Source of the DNA: Balanoglossus misakiensis
Taxonomy: Eukaryota; Animalia; Hemichordata
NCBI GenBank assembly: GCA_040954595.2
Contig: CM082584.2
Coordinates: 2,759,344 to 2,823,343, forward strand
Direction: 5' to 3'
Length of the DNA: 64,000 nt
Shown here: positions 14,575 to 27,609 of the stretch, piece by piece
Position numbering within the stretch: the first letter of the stretch is position 1
Layout of the letters: each line of letters begins with the position of its first letter
The notes under the pieces: generated by a model
Database searches by the model: none
What the model was told of the DNA's origin: nothing
Seen by the model: only the letters and a program-made list of their open reading frames with translations
Program-made: the position numbers and the translations under genes

Positions 14575-15184
14575 AGGGGAAATCCGTCGTAGCTGATTTC
14601 TACATAATTTGGTAGCTTTGATGTCACTCTTTCAGAAAAAAACATATTCGCCATGTATAGGTCGCGCGATTTTTTACAAAATCTAGGGAAAGTTGGCAGA
14701 ATTTCCAATATGGCGTTTACTGTAATTTGAATCATGGGAAAAAAAGCGCCAGGACCAACTTCCGCCCACCTTAGTGTGGGTGATACCATTTTCCGATTGG
14801 TGTCACTGCGTCACAAGCTAAGCGTATTTGCATATTTTCCATGGGTTATAGCTCATGAAAACTGTCAATAGATGACAAATTTTCGACTTTGCTGATGATT
14901 GTTTATAAACTGATGCAAAGAACAAACAATAGCTATGAAAATACGCCTAGTCTGTCGCCCAGTGACACCTATCGGAGAATGGTATCACCCACACCATGGT
15001 GGGCGGAAGTTGGTCCTGGCGCTTTTTTTCCCATGATTCAAATTACAGTAAACGCCATATTGCCAACTTTCCCTAGATTTTGTAAAAAATCGCGCGACCT
15101 ATACATGGCGAATATGTTTTTTTCTGAAAGAGTGACATCAAAGCTACCAAATTATGTAGAAATCAGCTACGACGGATTTCCCCT
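14575..15184. mobile_element. Foldback MITE, Kolobok-like (TTAA TSD, AG...CT ends, ~250-bp arms)
   Basis: TTAA|AGGGGAAATCCGTCGTAGC ... GCTACGACGGATTTCCCCT|TTAA. The mirror-image ORFs 14571-14789 and 14889-15188 confirm the arms. Confidence 0.85.
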
Positions 15185-16322
15185 TTAACCAGATAAATAA
15201 TAAAGCTTTGCCATAAAGAAATATGGCTGCCACCGTGGGAAATGCAAGAAACAATGAAAATGTTGCATTTCTGACTATTGAACTTCATAAACAAAACATG
15301 ATCTCCTCCACTAGAACTCATGCAAGTAAATGTACACCGCTGAGACATTAGATTTTCATTTTTCATTGCAAAATTGCACTTTTTAAAAAATACAGGAATT
15401 TTAGATTTTCTTTCATTTTTGGCCTGTTTTGTCATACATAAGTGTTGATCTTGATATATTATGAAATGTCATTTAATAGACATAATTAAAATCATATATA
15501 AGATTATTTAAAGCTTAATTTAAATGAATATTTCCTTTTTATGAAAAACTGACAATCTCGAGCAGGCAAACACTGAGACTGATTACAGTATGTAGAGGAT
15601 GGGGGCGCAAATTGCATCTGCATAAAGCAAGAAGAATGCTTCAACATAACTGACACATCTGTTTAAACAGCCAATAAATGGAAGGGGATACTGCTCCCCC
15701 CCTCTCTGAAGTCATATTACTTGATCAAGTTTCCGAAACTCTGAGTATACGAGTCAAAATGACAATTTGTGCTTAACGTTTGTTTTGGATCAGCATTTTT
15801 CTGGTATTGGAGATGGTTTCAATCACAGCCACTGGACAAAACTGGCCATGTTAATGTTTCCACAAAATCAACAGTCGATTCAAACTGAGAAAATTTGGTC
15901 ACTGGGAAAAATGTTAGTGATGTCAAAATGTTATGTTTTAGCACCTATTATCGGACTGAATGAGCGTGCTGCGTTTCATGCATTTATGATGGTTGTCTGC
16001 AAAGACCATTGGAGCATGTTTGCCAACAGGACTGTGGTCGAATCTATACTGGTACGTGTTTGTGTAAATTGCCTATATAACAGTTGACCAGCAGGGGTAG
16101 ACACCCTTTGGACAGGAATTTGAATTTTAAAGGCACACAAGCTGCAAATTTTGGGATAGTTATAATAATTTTATCAAACAATTGAAAAGAAAATAAATGT
16201 TTGCGTGTTGGTTGTTTACCATAACTAAAATTTTTGACATTTTCCTACGCGCTAAACAAAACTCTTTTTTTGTCCTTATCAGTAGCAGTGTGGCACCATT
16301 TCCTAGATAGACAGAAGCTCAC

Positions 16323-16373
16323 CTCGTTGATAGCATTTGGGTGTATAACATTTCTCTGTTGTTGCTGGCTTAT
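16323..16373 (-). pseudogene. MED25: Probable small MED25-like exon (ISQQQQRNVIHPNAINE)
   Basis: 51-bp phase 0-0 exon with TTGACAG acceptor and GTGAGC donor. It joins in frame to the 12489 exon. Confidence 0.5.
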
Positions 16374-18819
16374 CTGTCAATAAGATAGGTTACATTTATC
16401 TTTAAGGGATTCATAAGTGACTTTGACATAAGACATCTTAACCCTATGACCTTTCATACAATGAGCAGTTGCCAAATTAACTTTCTCTCTGAACATTAAT
16501 GTGACCAATCCGGACCGGGCACTGTTCCATTCTACTACGCAAAACAACTCATCGCAAAGAAACCCAGGAAGGGAAATGCTGACAAAATCTACACCTATCA
16601 GTAAATTTCAGACATCAAATCTTGTAACTGCATTTATACAATTTATTTGAATAATGCCTTTGTGGTTATCTGATGTCAATTATTTAATTGAAGAGTTGTT
16701 GTGTTGGAGTTAACTTGTGTGAATTGCTTGCCTTTCATTCTGAAAGTCAATTATATCTTGAGGAAGCAGCTCCCACTTCTAGATTGAAAATATGAATTAT
16801 TTAAAATACATGTATATATATTTCTTTTCAATGTACAACACTATATCACAAGTCATCTTTTCACAAGAGGTGGGCCAAACCATACAGGAAACTGTGAACA
16901 ATCATTCAATGCTTTGATATTTGGACTGACAACACCACTCTTTGGCACAATATTCAATTTCAAACATTTTTGAATACTGTAAACGCATTGAATATCGCAT
17001 GTATTAAATGTTGCTATTTTGCAATTGGGGCCAGTGAGTGAGCATTTAAATATAAGAATGCAAGGTTCTCAAAAGAAATAAAAGTCACTGTTTGTTCCTT
17101 TGATTTGTGTATCATTTGATAAACTGCAGCCATACACATTCATTGACGAGAAGTGTCAAAACATCCACAGGTCTATTCATTGAATGTGAGGTGCAAAGCT
17201 AGAAATGGAGATGTTACTAGTAGTGTAATACAAAGACAGCAAATAGCAGCCGGACTTGTTTCCTACAAAAAAATCCAGCCATGTCATGTTGCTGGAAAGT
17301 CTTTGTACTTCAATAACAATACAGTCCAATTATGAAAGGGAAAGCTATGGATATGTCCTGTTTTAAACATTTGTTTGTACTATTTTGATATTCGCCATGT
17401 TAATATCACCACAAGCTAATATCCAAACTACACACAACTGCAAGTTCACTGGCCTCAAGTCACTTGTGGATGTTGACACTAATACCCATTAAAACTTCCT
17501 ATCTGGGAACATGTAAATGCACACTACAGGAAAACAAACCAATAATTCAGAACACTATTGTGACGGTCACAGAACTTGTGAATTTATTACAAAAGCAGTC
17601 ATCCTGAAAATTGAAATACACAACCTGACGACCATCACTGATTTTAGTCAGCTACCATCACTGAATGAAGAACTCAAACAAAAAATTGCTTAATACGCTG
17701 TTAAAAATAACAATGCAACAAAAAACACAAATGATCGACTCCAGTCATATATGTACATCAAGCAACATCAACTGAAAGGCTACAGGCAGTATCGTCAATA
17801 CACAGGTTGTTGTTGCTATGCTCAAGGCGTCAATGAATTGGTGGTCACATTTCATTGAACAATGAATGGGCAAGTGCTCACTCACTTCTTCAGTGAATTT
17901 CACTGTTTGTTTATCTTATCATAAAAACTTGGGCACCACAGTCCTTTGGATAAAAATATTCATGTGTGGTGATTTAAAATCAGTGTTGCAAGAAACAGAA
18001 TTAATCACAGGATTAATGGCTTCTGATTGAAAAATACTAAATGCTTAATATGCCATATGCCGCACACAGAGTGATCACATTAGTCAATTGGACCGCTGTT
18101 CCGAAGGACTAAAATGATTGCAATGTTTTAATATTATATTTATTTTACAAAACCCTTACATCTGAGCTTTACTTTAAAGTACTTCCATTTACAAGTAGTA
18201 CAAGTACACATCAGTTAACATTGACAGCTAGGCATGACGTCATAGATGTAGGACTTCAAAACTGACATTCTGAACAGTGGGGGCGCTCTATCATAGTGGG
18301 TTTTAATGAACATGTGTATTTAATTTCATGAATCAGATATATCAATGAAAACTGTGTGTTTTAACATACGCTTATTGTTTATGCATTTGCAGTATCTAGT
18401 CATATTACAGTAATACACCAGACATGTTCTTAACTCAATCAATGTGTGTGTGTAAGTTCAATTTCTGACCACACTCAGATTACCCAAGTCCATGTGACCA
18501 ACTCTACTGCAAGTATACAGACTTGAACTCCGGAAAACTAGTCACCTACAATACTTGAACTGGAGCCACATCCAAAACTTGACTTTGAGATATTTTATCA
18601 AATCAGTGCTCCTTTTAGAATTAGAACTCCCATGCAATTTTTGTGACAGAAGAAATAAAGAGATTCCCAGAAAGAACCTCCCAGTTCCCTTTTTAGAGGT
18701 CCAACCTTACCATAGAAAACAACGGGTTTGGACTGTACCATGGTGGTGAAATGGTTAAGCCAGAGCATGTATCAAAATACAGTAAAACCTGTCTCAACCA
18801 AAACCTGTCTATTACAAGG

Positions 18820-19783
18820 ACATTGTTCAAACTCCTAGGTTCACTTTTGTTAAATCGCAACACCTGGTCTAGAGCAGTGCAAACATTGGCTAATCAAGCC
18901 AGCAAGGTGTTGTCTCTACTCTCAGTTGCCAGGTGGAAACTAGGGTATATGCCATTTGAATGTCACTTCAAGGTGTTTGATGCCATGATCTTACTCATTC
19001 TTTGTTATGGATCGGAGACTTGAGTTTTATGACATCATAGAAAAAGTGCAAAGAACATGGTGCAGAATTTTTCTAGGTGTGCCAAGGAGCACTACCAATG
19101 AAGCTGTAATTGGAGAATGTGGGCGGTTGCCAGTGTATGTTCACACAATGTTGTATTCGTTACTGGGTGAAACTTATAGAGATGCCACAGGAAAGACTCC
19201 CTAGGCAAGCATATTTAATGCTACATACGTAATCTTGACTGTTTAGGCCGTCACACTTGGGCAACATCGGTGAAACACATTTTATTTTAGCCTGGATTTC
19301 TCAGGAAAGAGGCGATAAGCGTTTGTTCCTTTCAGCATTTGAGACAAGAATTTCAGATATTTTGAAGCAACAATGGAAATCACACTGTCCGTCCAAAACC
19401 AAACTCCGTACATACACACATTTTAAATAATTGTTACAGCCTGAAAAGTAGTTAATGTCAACTGTACACGTAATGTCAAAGACATTTTTGCATGTTTTCG
19501 CTGTTCTGCCCTTCCTCTTGCAATAGAGGAGGGAAGAGATCAGAATGTGGACGTTTCAGAGAGACACTGTAGGCTATGCTCTGGTGCACAAATAGAAGAC
19601 GAGTATCACTTTTTACTTGTTTGCCCCTTATATGACAGTCTTAGAAAACAATATATTGGTTACACTAAAATTCCCCACATTCAAATGTTTGTTAATATCA
19701 GGAGCGCATCAGAATCCTCAAGTATTTATGTTTACAATGCCTTTAAACTTAGAGAAAATGTGTTAAAAAACTTAATCTGCTAA
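18820..19783 (+). mobile_element. Decayed 3' fragment of a non-LTR retrotransposon ORF2 (RTE-X-like clade)
   Basis: Frameshifted peptides FDAMILLILCYGSE / IEKVQRTWCRIFLGV...NEAVIGECGRLP, and the C-terminal knuckle RHCRLC...IEDEYHFLLVCPLYDSLR. Confidence 0.85.
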
Positions 19784-19984
19784 GTTCCTCACTTTGTATC
19801 CCGAGTACGTACTTCCACACAAGTGCTGCTTGATGTTGTCATGTATATTATTTGAGTACATGTATTATTTATTTCATTTTCGTACAATTTTCTGATTACC
19901 TTTATGCCCTCTTACCTATGGGCTGGAGGCCTTGACAATCAATTAACGTGCACTGTTGTGCACCTGAACAATGAACAACAAATC

Positions 19985-20420
19985 AATCACATATTCTCAC
20001 TGAATCGAAAGCTGTATATGACACAAGCGCTGATTCAGATTGGATGACAAAGCTAAATGTTATCCTATGATACAGAAACTACAATTAGCCAGATGACAGT
20101 TCAAGAGTCATTTATTTAATGTTTTAAAACGAATTTGGCTAATTTGTGGCCGTGTGAGAAATATAATCTCACACACCAAGGACCTGGGATCATATTTCTC
20201 ACACTCGTCAGGGATATTTTGTCCCACACTCGACTGCAGCTTGTTTGGGACAGAAAATCCTCAACACATGTGAGAAATATGATCCCAAGTCCTTGGGAGT
20301 GTGAGATTCTATTAGTCTTACAACCTTAGGACCTGGTATAGATTTCTCAGACGAGTTGGGGATATTTTTAGCTCGTGTTAGACAAGCCAAAATATCCCTG
20401 ATGAGTGTAAGAAATTGCGT
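19985..20420. mobile_element. Unclassified hairpin-rich non-autonomous element; second copy in opposite orientation at ~53370-53825
   Basis: Internal ~150-bp palindrome (AATCTCACAC...GGACCTGGGATCATATTTCTCACAC ... GTGTGAGATT). The adjacent sequence is shared with the 53.4 kb copy. Confidence 0.7.
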
Positions 20421-20830
20421 TAAGTACACGGTGGTCCCATTCACGGATAATACAAGAAAAAAGTCTACACCGGAGTACATATACAGACAGACACACACAC
20501 ACACACACACACATCAAGAGATCAACAGGCAAACATTGGCTGACCCATAAGCTGCCAATGGCACGTGTACTGTACACACACCAAATAGAACAGCTGGTCT
20601 CTTTAACAGTTAGCCAGTTATGTAAACATGCAGTTACCAATCACTGTTATTATTAACAAATTGCATCCAAGTCCAGACCCAGGCTTGAATACAATGTTTA
20701 CACATAACAACATTGCTTACCCATCGAGCTGAACAAGAAATGATGGTTGATAACCAGAAAAATACTAAATAAAAATTCAAAAGTTACAGATACTGGACCT
20801 TTCGTTGTCCACATATTGTGCTGGTCTTAC

Positions 20831-20938
20831 CTGTACACTCTCCATTGACCAATCAATATCCCACAGAACAAGTGCAATAAAAAGAGCCTGCTGTATTCAC
20901 ACACTGGCGTTCACAAAGATCTGCTCTCTTATTGACAT
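20831..20938 (-). pseudogene. Degenerate calcium-binding EGF-like exon (phase 1-1) with an in-frame TGA
   Basis: TTTCAG acceptor and GTAAG donor. Reads DVNKRADLCERQCVNTAGSFYCTCSVGY*LVNGECT; the first Cys is missing. Confidence 0.8.
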
Positions 20939-21065
20939 CTGAAATCAAAGATAGTTTATTATTTTTAATTTTATTATTATTTATTTCCTGACAAACGTAA
21001 TACACATACATCTTAGTGCATTTTCTACTGAAAATAATAAAATTGGAAAACAAGTGAAAGCTTAA

Positions 21066-23710
21066 AGAGCATATCTTGCCTTTTTAAATCTTATCAGAAG
21101 GTTAAAAAATGATTGAAAGAAATCTAATATTTACCAAAAGTGACAATATTTTTCGGGTATCGATTTCTATAATATTTGTTTTGTTCTCATAAAATAGACC
21201 AGCTTTAGCGATGCTCACAGGTGTCATACGGTGTTTTCGTGCTTTTCTGTGTAATACCACAATGGGAAAAAGAGGTGGTTGCCGTGGTTGCAGCAACACA
21301 TTACCTAGACGGAAGTCACCCATGTGAATTCCCCGAAAACCAATGAAAGTCTATGCCACGATCATCGATATTGTACGGTGGATATGAAGCCATCCGGCGG
21401 CGGCGGCCGTAACTGTCAATGCATGACCGTTGAACGATAATCGGCCAGGTTTGAATCACGAGAAGACAATCCACACCCTTACAGGAAAATAGAAGCCTGT
21501 CAGTAGGAGAGGTCGACCAGTGATCAATATTCAATTCAGAGCACAACTGATCGTTTATACCCGATATTGGTGTTCATTCAGTGTTCCAGCGACCGCGATT
21601 ACACAGTAGAAGGTGAACTGGCAGGAGGCGTAAACACAATTTTGCGCTGGCCGACATCATGTCGAGATTGCTTATAATTATTCACTCTTTCGTCTGGCTA
21701 CCCGGTACCCAGGGACCGCAAACTTCGATAATTAAGGTTGACAGCAATCAATGTGAAAACTTGAACGTTCAAAATATTACTGTTACTATTTCACATTTTT
21801 TTCAGTCATACCTTTGTATGGCTTCGGCTGAATGGTCGCCATCTTTCTTTTCTAATTTCTTTGTTTACAAGTTTTACGTCGCACTATGTCCGACTCATCG
21901 GTTCCAAAACACACTGTACAAATTTTGAAACAAAATGTGTTGAATAAATTTTGCCGCGTGTGAGTGAAAACCGTTTCGAAACTTGGATATTCGTGTGTAT
22001 CAATGAAAATGTTTCATGCTTTGTGAGCGTGAGTGGGTCGGCCCGGCATGATCGCCTGTTGCTGTTGGTTGTATGGTTTCATTTTGTTATAATGCAGTAT
22101 GAAGCATGTGAAGGAACTTTCATGATTACAGCGACAAGTCATAAATGTTTCTGTTTGTCATCACCAAAAAGGCATATAGCTTACATGTAATTCAGAAGAC
22201 AGAATTTTAGTGCTGGCATGGTACATATACATCGCGGCGCGATATGTGTCATCGCTGCTGACTGCGTGTACACGCATCGGCGCTGATGGAGTTCCCTTGT
22301 AATAACACGCGCGTATTTTGTCTGTTGAGGCAGTGATCGAAAATCGCCAAAAGACCACGATATATCAGTTGTCAATAAGTTGACATTGTCCAAGATAAGT
22401 AGATTGAGACCCAACACTCTAGTCCTAAACCTCTGGGCAATATTCCACGGTTTAAGATGGGTCCCCCGGATCTTTTTGCCCGTTGCTATGGGCCTTTGCA
22501 GGACATTACACCCCGATTTGGACTAAGCCGTTTTCAGAGTCTAACAAGGGGCTGGTAACTAGTTGAAAATCTGCACGATTGTGAGCGCGCGCCCCCTGAC
22601 GCCATTGATATGCAAATTAGCTAGGTCAAATTTCAAAAGCCTAAGGCTTTTTATTCCGTGACCTCAAAAACGAACTTGATACGTATTCATTAGTTGCTTG
22701 AACCAGGGAAGATCGTGACGGATTTTGTTTTCGAATATTATCGTTGTATCCTACGATTTCAGCATACCCGTACCACAGCGGAAAAAGTCATCGATTTTAG
22801 GTGTTTTTGGACGCACTCTTCCACCGGTATCGCTTCTTAGCACGACGAAAACCGAAAAAACGATCCGTCACACTGTGAGGAAGTGCGTTCTCAACAAGCA
22901 GGTCAAATTTGACTGGCGTACGTGGCCTATGAAAAAAGCCTTAGGGATTTTCGTGAACGGTACAAAATCTCTGTGTACAAAACATTTGATTTTTAGCGTT
23001 CGATCCAGTTACTGTGGTCACAGGACGCGCATGCTATCGCTGACCGCTGCTTTACCGTATTAGCGTGGCGGCCTATGGCCGGGCGGTAGCTGCCGTAAAC
23101 ATACTCGGACAGGGGGTGTGCACACAATCGTGTGTATTTTTAACTAGTTACAAGCCCCTTGTCGGACGTTCATAACGGTTTCGATCAAAATTGAGTGTAG
23201 TGTCCTATAAAGGCCCATAGAAACGAGCAAAAAGATACGGGGGACCCATCTTAATCGAGGCAGCAATCATTGTATGTGTAAGGTGCCTATACACATCCGC
23301 TGCCATTGCATGTTGTGTACTGCTTGCAATGCGTAGCCGTAGCCTAACCGGGCCGAGTAGTGTTATTTTTTTCATAATCGCATCTCCCCTAAATGAAAAG
23401 GTATATATGTACATTTATTTTGAATGGAACGGGGGATCCAGAGGCTGACCCAGCAAAGCTGTTTAGATCACAGACATGTATGATTGCAATTCAACCACTG
23501 CAATGTACAGTCTTGCAAACGTAAATGGGTTCCTCTTGTGACGTCACAGAAATGGGCGTGGCCCAAACAGAAGTTTTTTCTCAGGCCCTGAACATTTTTA
23601 AATTTAACATTTATTTATCCATATGAAATAAGTAAAAGGACACCAGCATTTAACACACAAGCCCAATTATTATTTATCCTCAAAGTGTGTTTCGAGCTAA
23701 GATATGCTCT
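21066..23710. mobile_element. Non-autonomous TTAA-flanked (Kolobok-type) element with a 12-bp TIR; hosts the 22456-23250 MITE
   Basis: TTAA|AGAGCATATCTT ... AAGATATGCTCT|TTAA. Confidence 0.7.
22456..23250 (-). mobile_element. 795-bp internally deleted derivative of the Kolobok element at 38189-46016
   Basis: TTAA TSD and GATGGGTCCC termini. About 575 bp match the right end and about 220 bp match the left end of the autonomous copy, in reverse orientation. Confidence 0.93.
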
Positions 23711-24330
23711 TTAAAGGATAAAAAAATTACACTTAAAAACCCCAAAGAAACCAAAACAGTTCTGAAAGACATTCCTTTTAAACCAAAAAAAGCAATGGAA
23801 TGAAATTGTGCAGAATAAAAAGACGAGTTTTTAAACCCCTTTTAAAACTGTCTATAGATCCAGCATTGCGGATAGAAGGTGAGGTTGATGACACATATTC
23901 GTAACCACATATTAATTGATTAGTTGATTGTTTTTACACCAAAGTCCTCAATATCCATGGCAATCTCTTTCTAGGAATTTTAACACTCTCTATCATTCTC
24001 ATTTTAACAAAATCCCCTGAAACTCGTGTACCCTGTCAGCAAAACTTTGTCTGATTTTTAAAACAACAGATTACTTTTTCACCCTTGCAAACAAATTTTC
24101 AATGCTAAGTTTTCACATTTGTTAATTTGTTTATATTATGCATAATTATAATTGGAAAATTTCTGAGATACAATTTCAACAAACATGTGTTCAGTACGAG
24201 TGTGCGGTTGATTTCAAATTTTAAAATGTGTGCAATGGACAGACAGGATGCATGTTTTATTGTAACCATAGCAATATACAATCCCCAAACAGTGTAGCCA
24301 CAGAAGAGATCAATATCCACAGTTACATAC

Positions 24331-24453
24331 CTGCACATGCATGGCCATCCTCCAGCACATTGAAGCCTTGTCTGCAAGCGCAGCAATAACTACCATGGGT
24401 ATTCTGACAATAGTGTTGACACGCATTTCCACAACTGTGACATTTATTCATAT
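24331..24453 (-). other. Calcium-binding EGF-like exon (phase 1-1, open reading frame, host gene unknown)
   Basis: CTCCAG acceptor and GTATGT donor. Reads DMNKCHSCGNACQHYCQNTHGSYCCACRQGFNVLEDGHACA. Confidence 0.8.
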
Positions 24454-24665
24454 CTGGAGGGTAAGAAGAAATTCGAAATAATTTACAAGCATTACATTAT
24501 TCAAGATAAGCCTACTCTTAACAACTGGAATCTCACACCAAAGACAACTGGGCTCAGATTATAACAAGATGGGGATAATTTTTCTCAATTTCATCATTTG
24601 AGACAACATATCCCCAAACTTATGTAGTGTCGACGTAACATTATAACATAGTTATATCACTGTCA

Positions 24666-24745
24666 GGCATTTGTGTCCTACAGTCAAGGGGTTTTAGACA
24701 CCTGCAGTCATTTTGATGGCGTTGGTTTGAATCCCACCAGTGCCA
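24666..24745 (+). pseudogene. Degenerate tRNA-Leu-like sequence (tRNA pseudogene or SINE head)
   Basis: The 3' half CAGTCATTTTGATGGCGTTGGTTTGAATCCCACCAGTGCCA resembles the tRNA-Leu variable arm, T-arm and acceptor. 5' GGCATT pairs with AGTGCC. D and anticodon arms are decayed. Confidence 0.5.
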
Positions 24746-24929
24746 GAAGTGTCCCTTACGAAAAAGGTTCTATAGAACTCTATAGACCTCTATAGAAACG
24801 TGTAGAATTCAATAGAAAATCAATAGAAATTTATTTTCTATAGAATTCTACAGGTGACTTCTATTAATTTTCAACAGAAAATCAATAGAATATTATTTTC
24901 TATAGAATTATACAGATGATTTCCATTAA

Positions 24930-25960
24930 ACTAGCCGTCAATAGATTTTCTATTGAAAATATTACCTAGCATGAAATAAGTGAAAAATGATTTTTAATAG
25001 GTTTTAACATGATTATCATACAATGACAAAGCAATTTGTAAGATTTGCCCCCATTACACATATTTCACTGTGAACAAAGTATATTTTAACAGAAATCCAC
25101 AGACTCTATTGAATTCTATTGATGTCAATAGATTTTCTATTGAAAAATATTGTCAACCTTGAAATGGTTGAAAGAAATATTTTTCCCTAGTTTTTAGCAA
25201 ATGTGTGCACATAATCAACACAAAACGACAAATGAATTTGTCAGGTTTGGCCCAACTACATATATTTCACTGTGAACAGTGTATTTTAACAAAAATCCAC
25301 TGACTCTATTGAATTCTATTGCCGTCAATAGATTTTCTATTGAAAAATATTGTCAACCTTGAAATGGTTGAAAGAAATATTTTTCCCTAGTTTTTAGCAA
25401 ATGTGTGCACATAATCATCACAAAATGACAAAGGAATTTGTCAGGTTTGCCCCAACTACATACATTTCACTGTGAACAGTGTATTTTAACAAAAATCCAC
25501 TGTCTCTATTGAATTCTATTGCCGTCAATAGATTTTCTATTGAAAAATATTGCCAACCATGAAATAGGTGAAAGAAACATTTTCCCCTAGTTTTTAGCAA
25601 ATGTGTGCACATAATCAACACAAAACGACAAATGAATTTGTCAGGTTTGGCCCAACTACATATATTTCACTGTGAACAGTGTATTTTAACAAAAATCCAC
25701 TGACTCTATTGAATTCTATTGCCGTCAATAGATTTTCTATTGAAAAATATTGCCAACCATGAAATAGGTGAAAGAAACATTTTCCCCTAGTTTTTAGCAA
25801 ATGTGTGCACATAATCATCACAAAATGACAAAGAGTTTGTCAGGTTTGCCCCAACTACATACATTTCACTGTGAACAGTGTATTTTAACAAAAATCCACT
25901 GTCTCTATTGAATTCTATTGCCGTCAATAGATTTTCTATTGAAAAATATTGCCAACCATG
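24930..25960. repeat. Left subterminal 200-bp tandem array of the CMC element (about 5 units)
   Basis: GTCAATAGATTTTCTATTGAAAAATATTG recurs at ~25124, 25324, 25524, 25724 and 25923. Confidence 0.95.
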
Positions 25961-27609
25961 ACCGGACGCTAAGGATTTTGATTTAGGCGAAGATTGTATC
26001 GTTTGGCCATGGAAAGTAACCAGTTCACCCCGAGCAAACAGATACCAGTATACATTCAGCTCAAACACACAGCTATTCATTCTTAATCATTCTATTTTAT
26101 ATTGTGAATGAATACTTGACAAATATGTCTCTGTAAATAATTCATTTATTACAATTTTAAAATGATATCTGCAAAACACTGGTACATATACAAATCTGTA
26201 TATAAATACAAATCAGAAGAAACGGACTCTCAACTACAGTACTGGGGTAAGTGTTTGCTACCTACAGACTTTTTTGCAGCCCTTATCAGTCCCTTTCAAA
26301 AGGGTTGGGGAGTGGTGAGAGGTAAATTGACTCACCCATTCCAAGAACTACACATTTACGTCTCAAAAACGACGGTCGCACAGCAATTCTTTCATGTGAA
26401 ATCTCACGCAGTGGTTTTACATGTGTACACTGTATGCCAATTTCATTGTCAACAAACATTGACCTCCCACTTAAACACCTACTGGCTATCAGGAATGATC
26501 TTTCATTACAGTGACAATCACCTTGGCATATGCAACCTGGCCTAAGAATTACAAGGTTTCTTATTACATACAATTGCTCATCTTGTCCCTGAAAATAATG
26601 GTTCGTTCTCTTTGCTGCCCTAGTGTAGCTACTTGTTGTGAACACAGCACCTGATATAGTGAATCTCTTGTAATATTTGGCATTCACATTCAAGATAGGG
26701 TGGCCCACAGCCTCCTCTATAGCTAACCTGTCTGTCAATCTTATTTCCCGTTTGTCAGCAGCTCCCATGGCCACAACCCCTGAGCAGCTATGAAAGTCCC
26801 TCTTTAAATGCACAATTCCTCTAGACAATTTGTCAAATAGTGGCCTCAGATCACTATCCTGTGGTATAATTGTGGATCTTCTTGATAAATCTCTCCACAG
26901 ACAGAATGTGTTTGATATCTGTGAAGGCACACTTTGAGTACCCTGAAATAGCTTCATGATTACACCATTGTGACTTTCAAACACAAAGGAAGATGTAGCC
27001 CAGAGAGGTGCCCATTCCCTAACACTACTAGACAAATGCAGTAGAATGTGCATATTAAATGACATCACTTCTTTCCCATAAAGGCATTCAGTTTGAGTCA
27101 CAAACTTTCTGATTGTCTGCTCTGCCAGATCAACAGAGCGGGCTGTTACTTTTTCCTGAAGTAACGTGTGGATTCCAAAAACCAGCAAAAACCAATGGTT
27201 CAGAAAAACTGCAGGTAACACACCTCTCAGAACAATTAAAGAATAGAAAAGGAGAAATGCCCTCCACTCCGAACCTTTCCAATACTTTCTGTAATCTAAC
27301 GATCGTGGTGTCCTGGTTATTTCATTTGGAGGAAACTGCTGCATCAAACGGGAATTAATTACACATTGTTTAGCAGGGGCTAAGTACCAGGGTTTCTGCT
27401 TGTTTTCACTGTCAAGCCAAAGTGAGGTGATTTGCCTGACAACCCCTAATAAAACACAATGCAAATTAAAGCTGCAAGCAGCATTGTCCGGGCCCAAGCT
27501 CTATTATCTGATCTGATTATTAGATATGCACATAATTAATGAGTAGAAACATAATGCTGTGTTTTATCCCATGAAATATCAAGGTTATATCTTTGTTTGG
27601 TGTTGATAT

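Noticed and set aside
14571-15188. Near-identical ORFs on both strands (also 28505-28864 / 28838-29164)
   Set aside because: They result from the long inverted repeats of MITEs.
20831-20938. In-frame TGA read as selenocysteine in the EGF exon
   Set aside because: The TGA is not at a cysteine position and fits CGA-to-TGA decay. The exon has also lost its first Cys.
22725-23063. ORF shared with 45433-45747 as a possible second Kolobok gene
   Set aside because: It starts at TTG, lies in subterminal DNA and has no recognisable domain. The similarity is explained by recent common descent.
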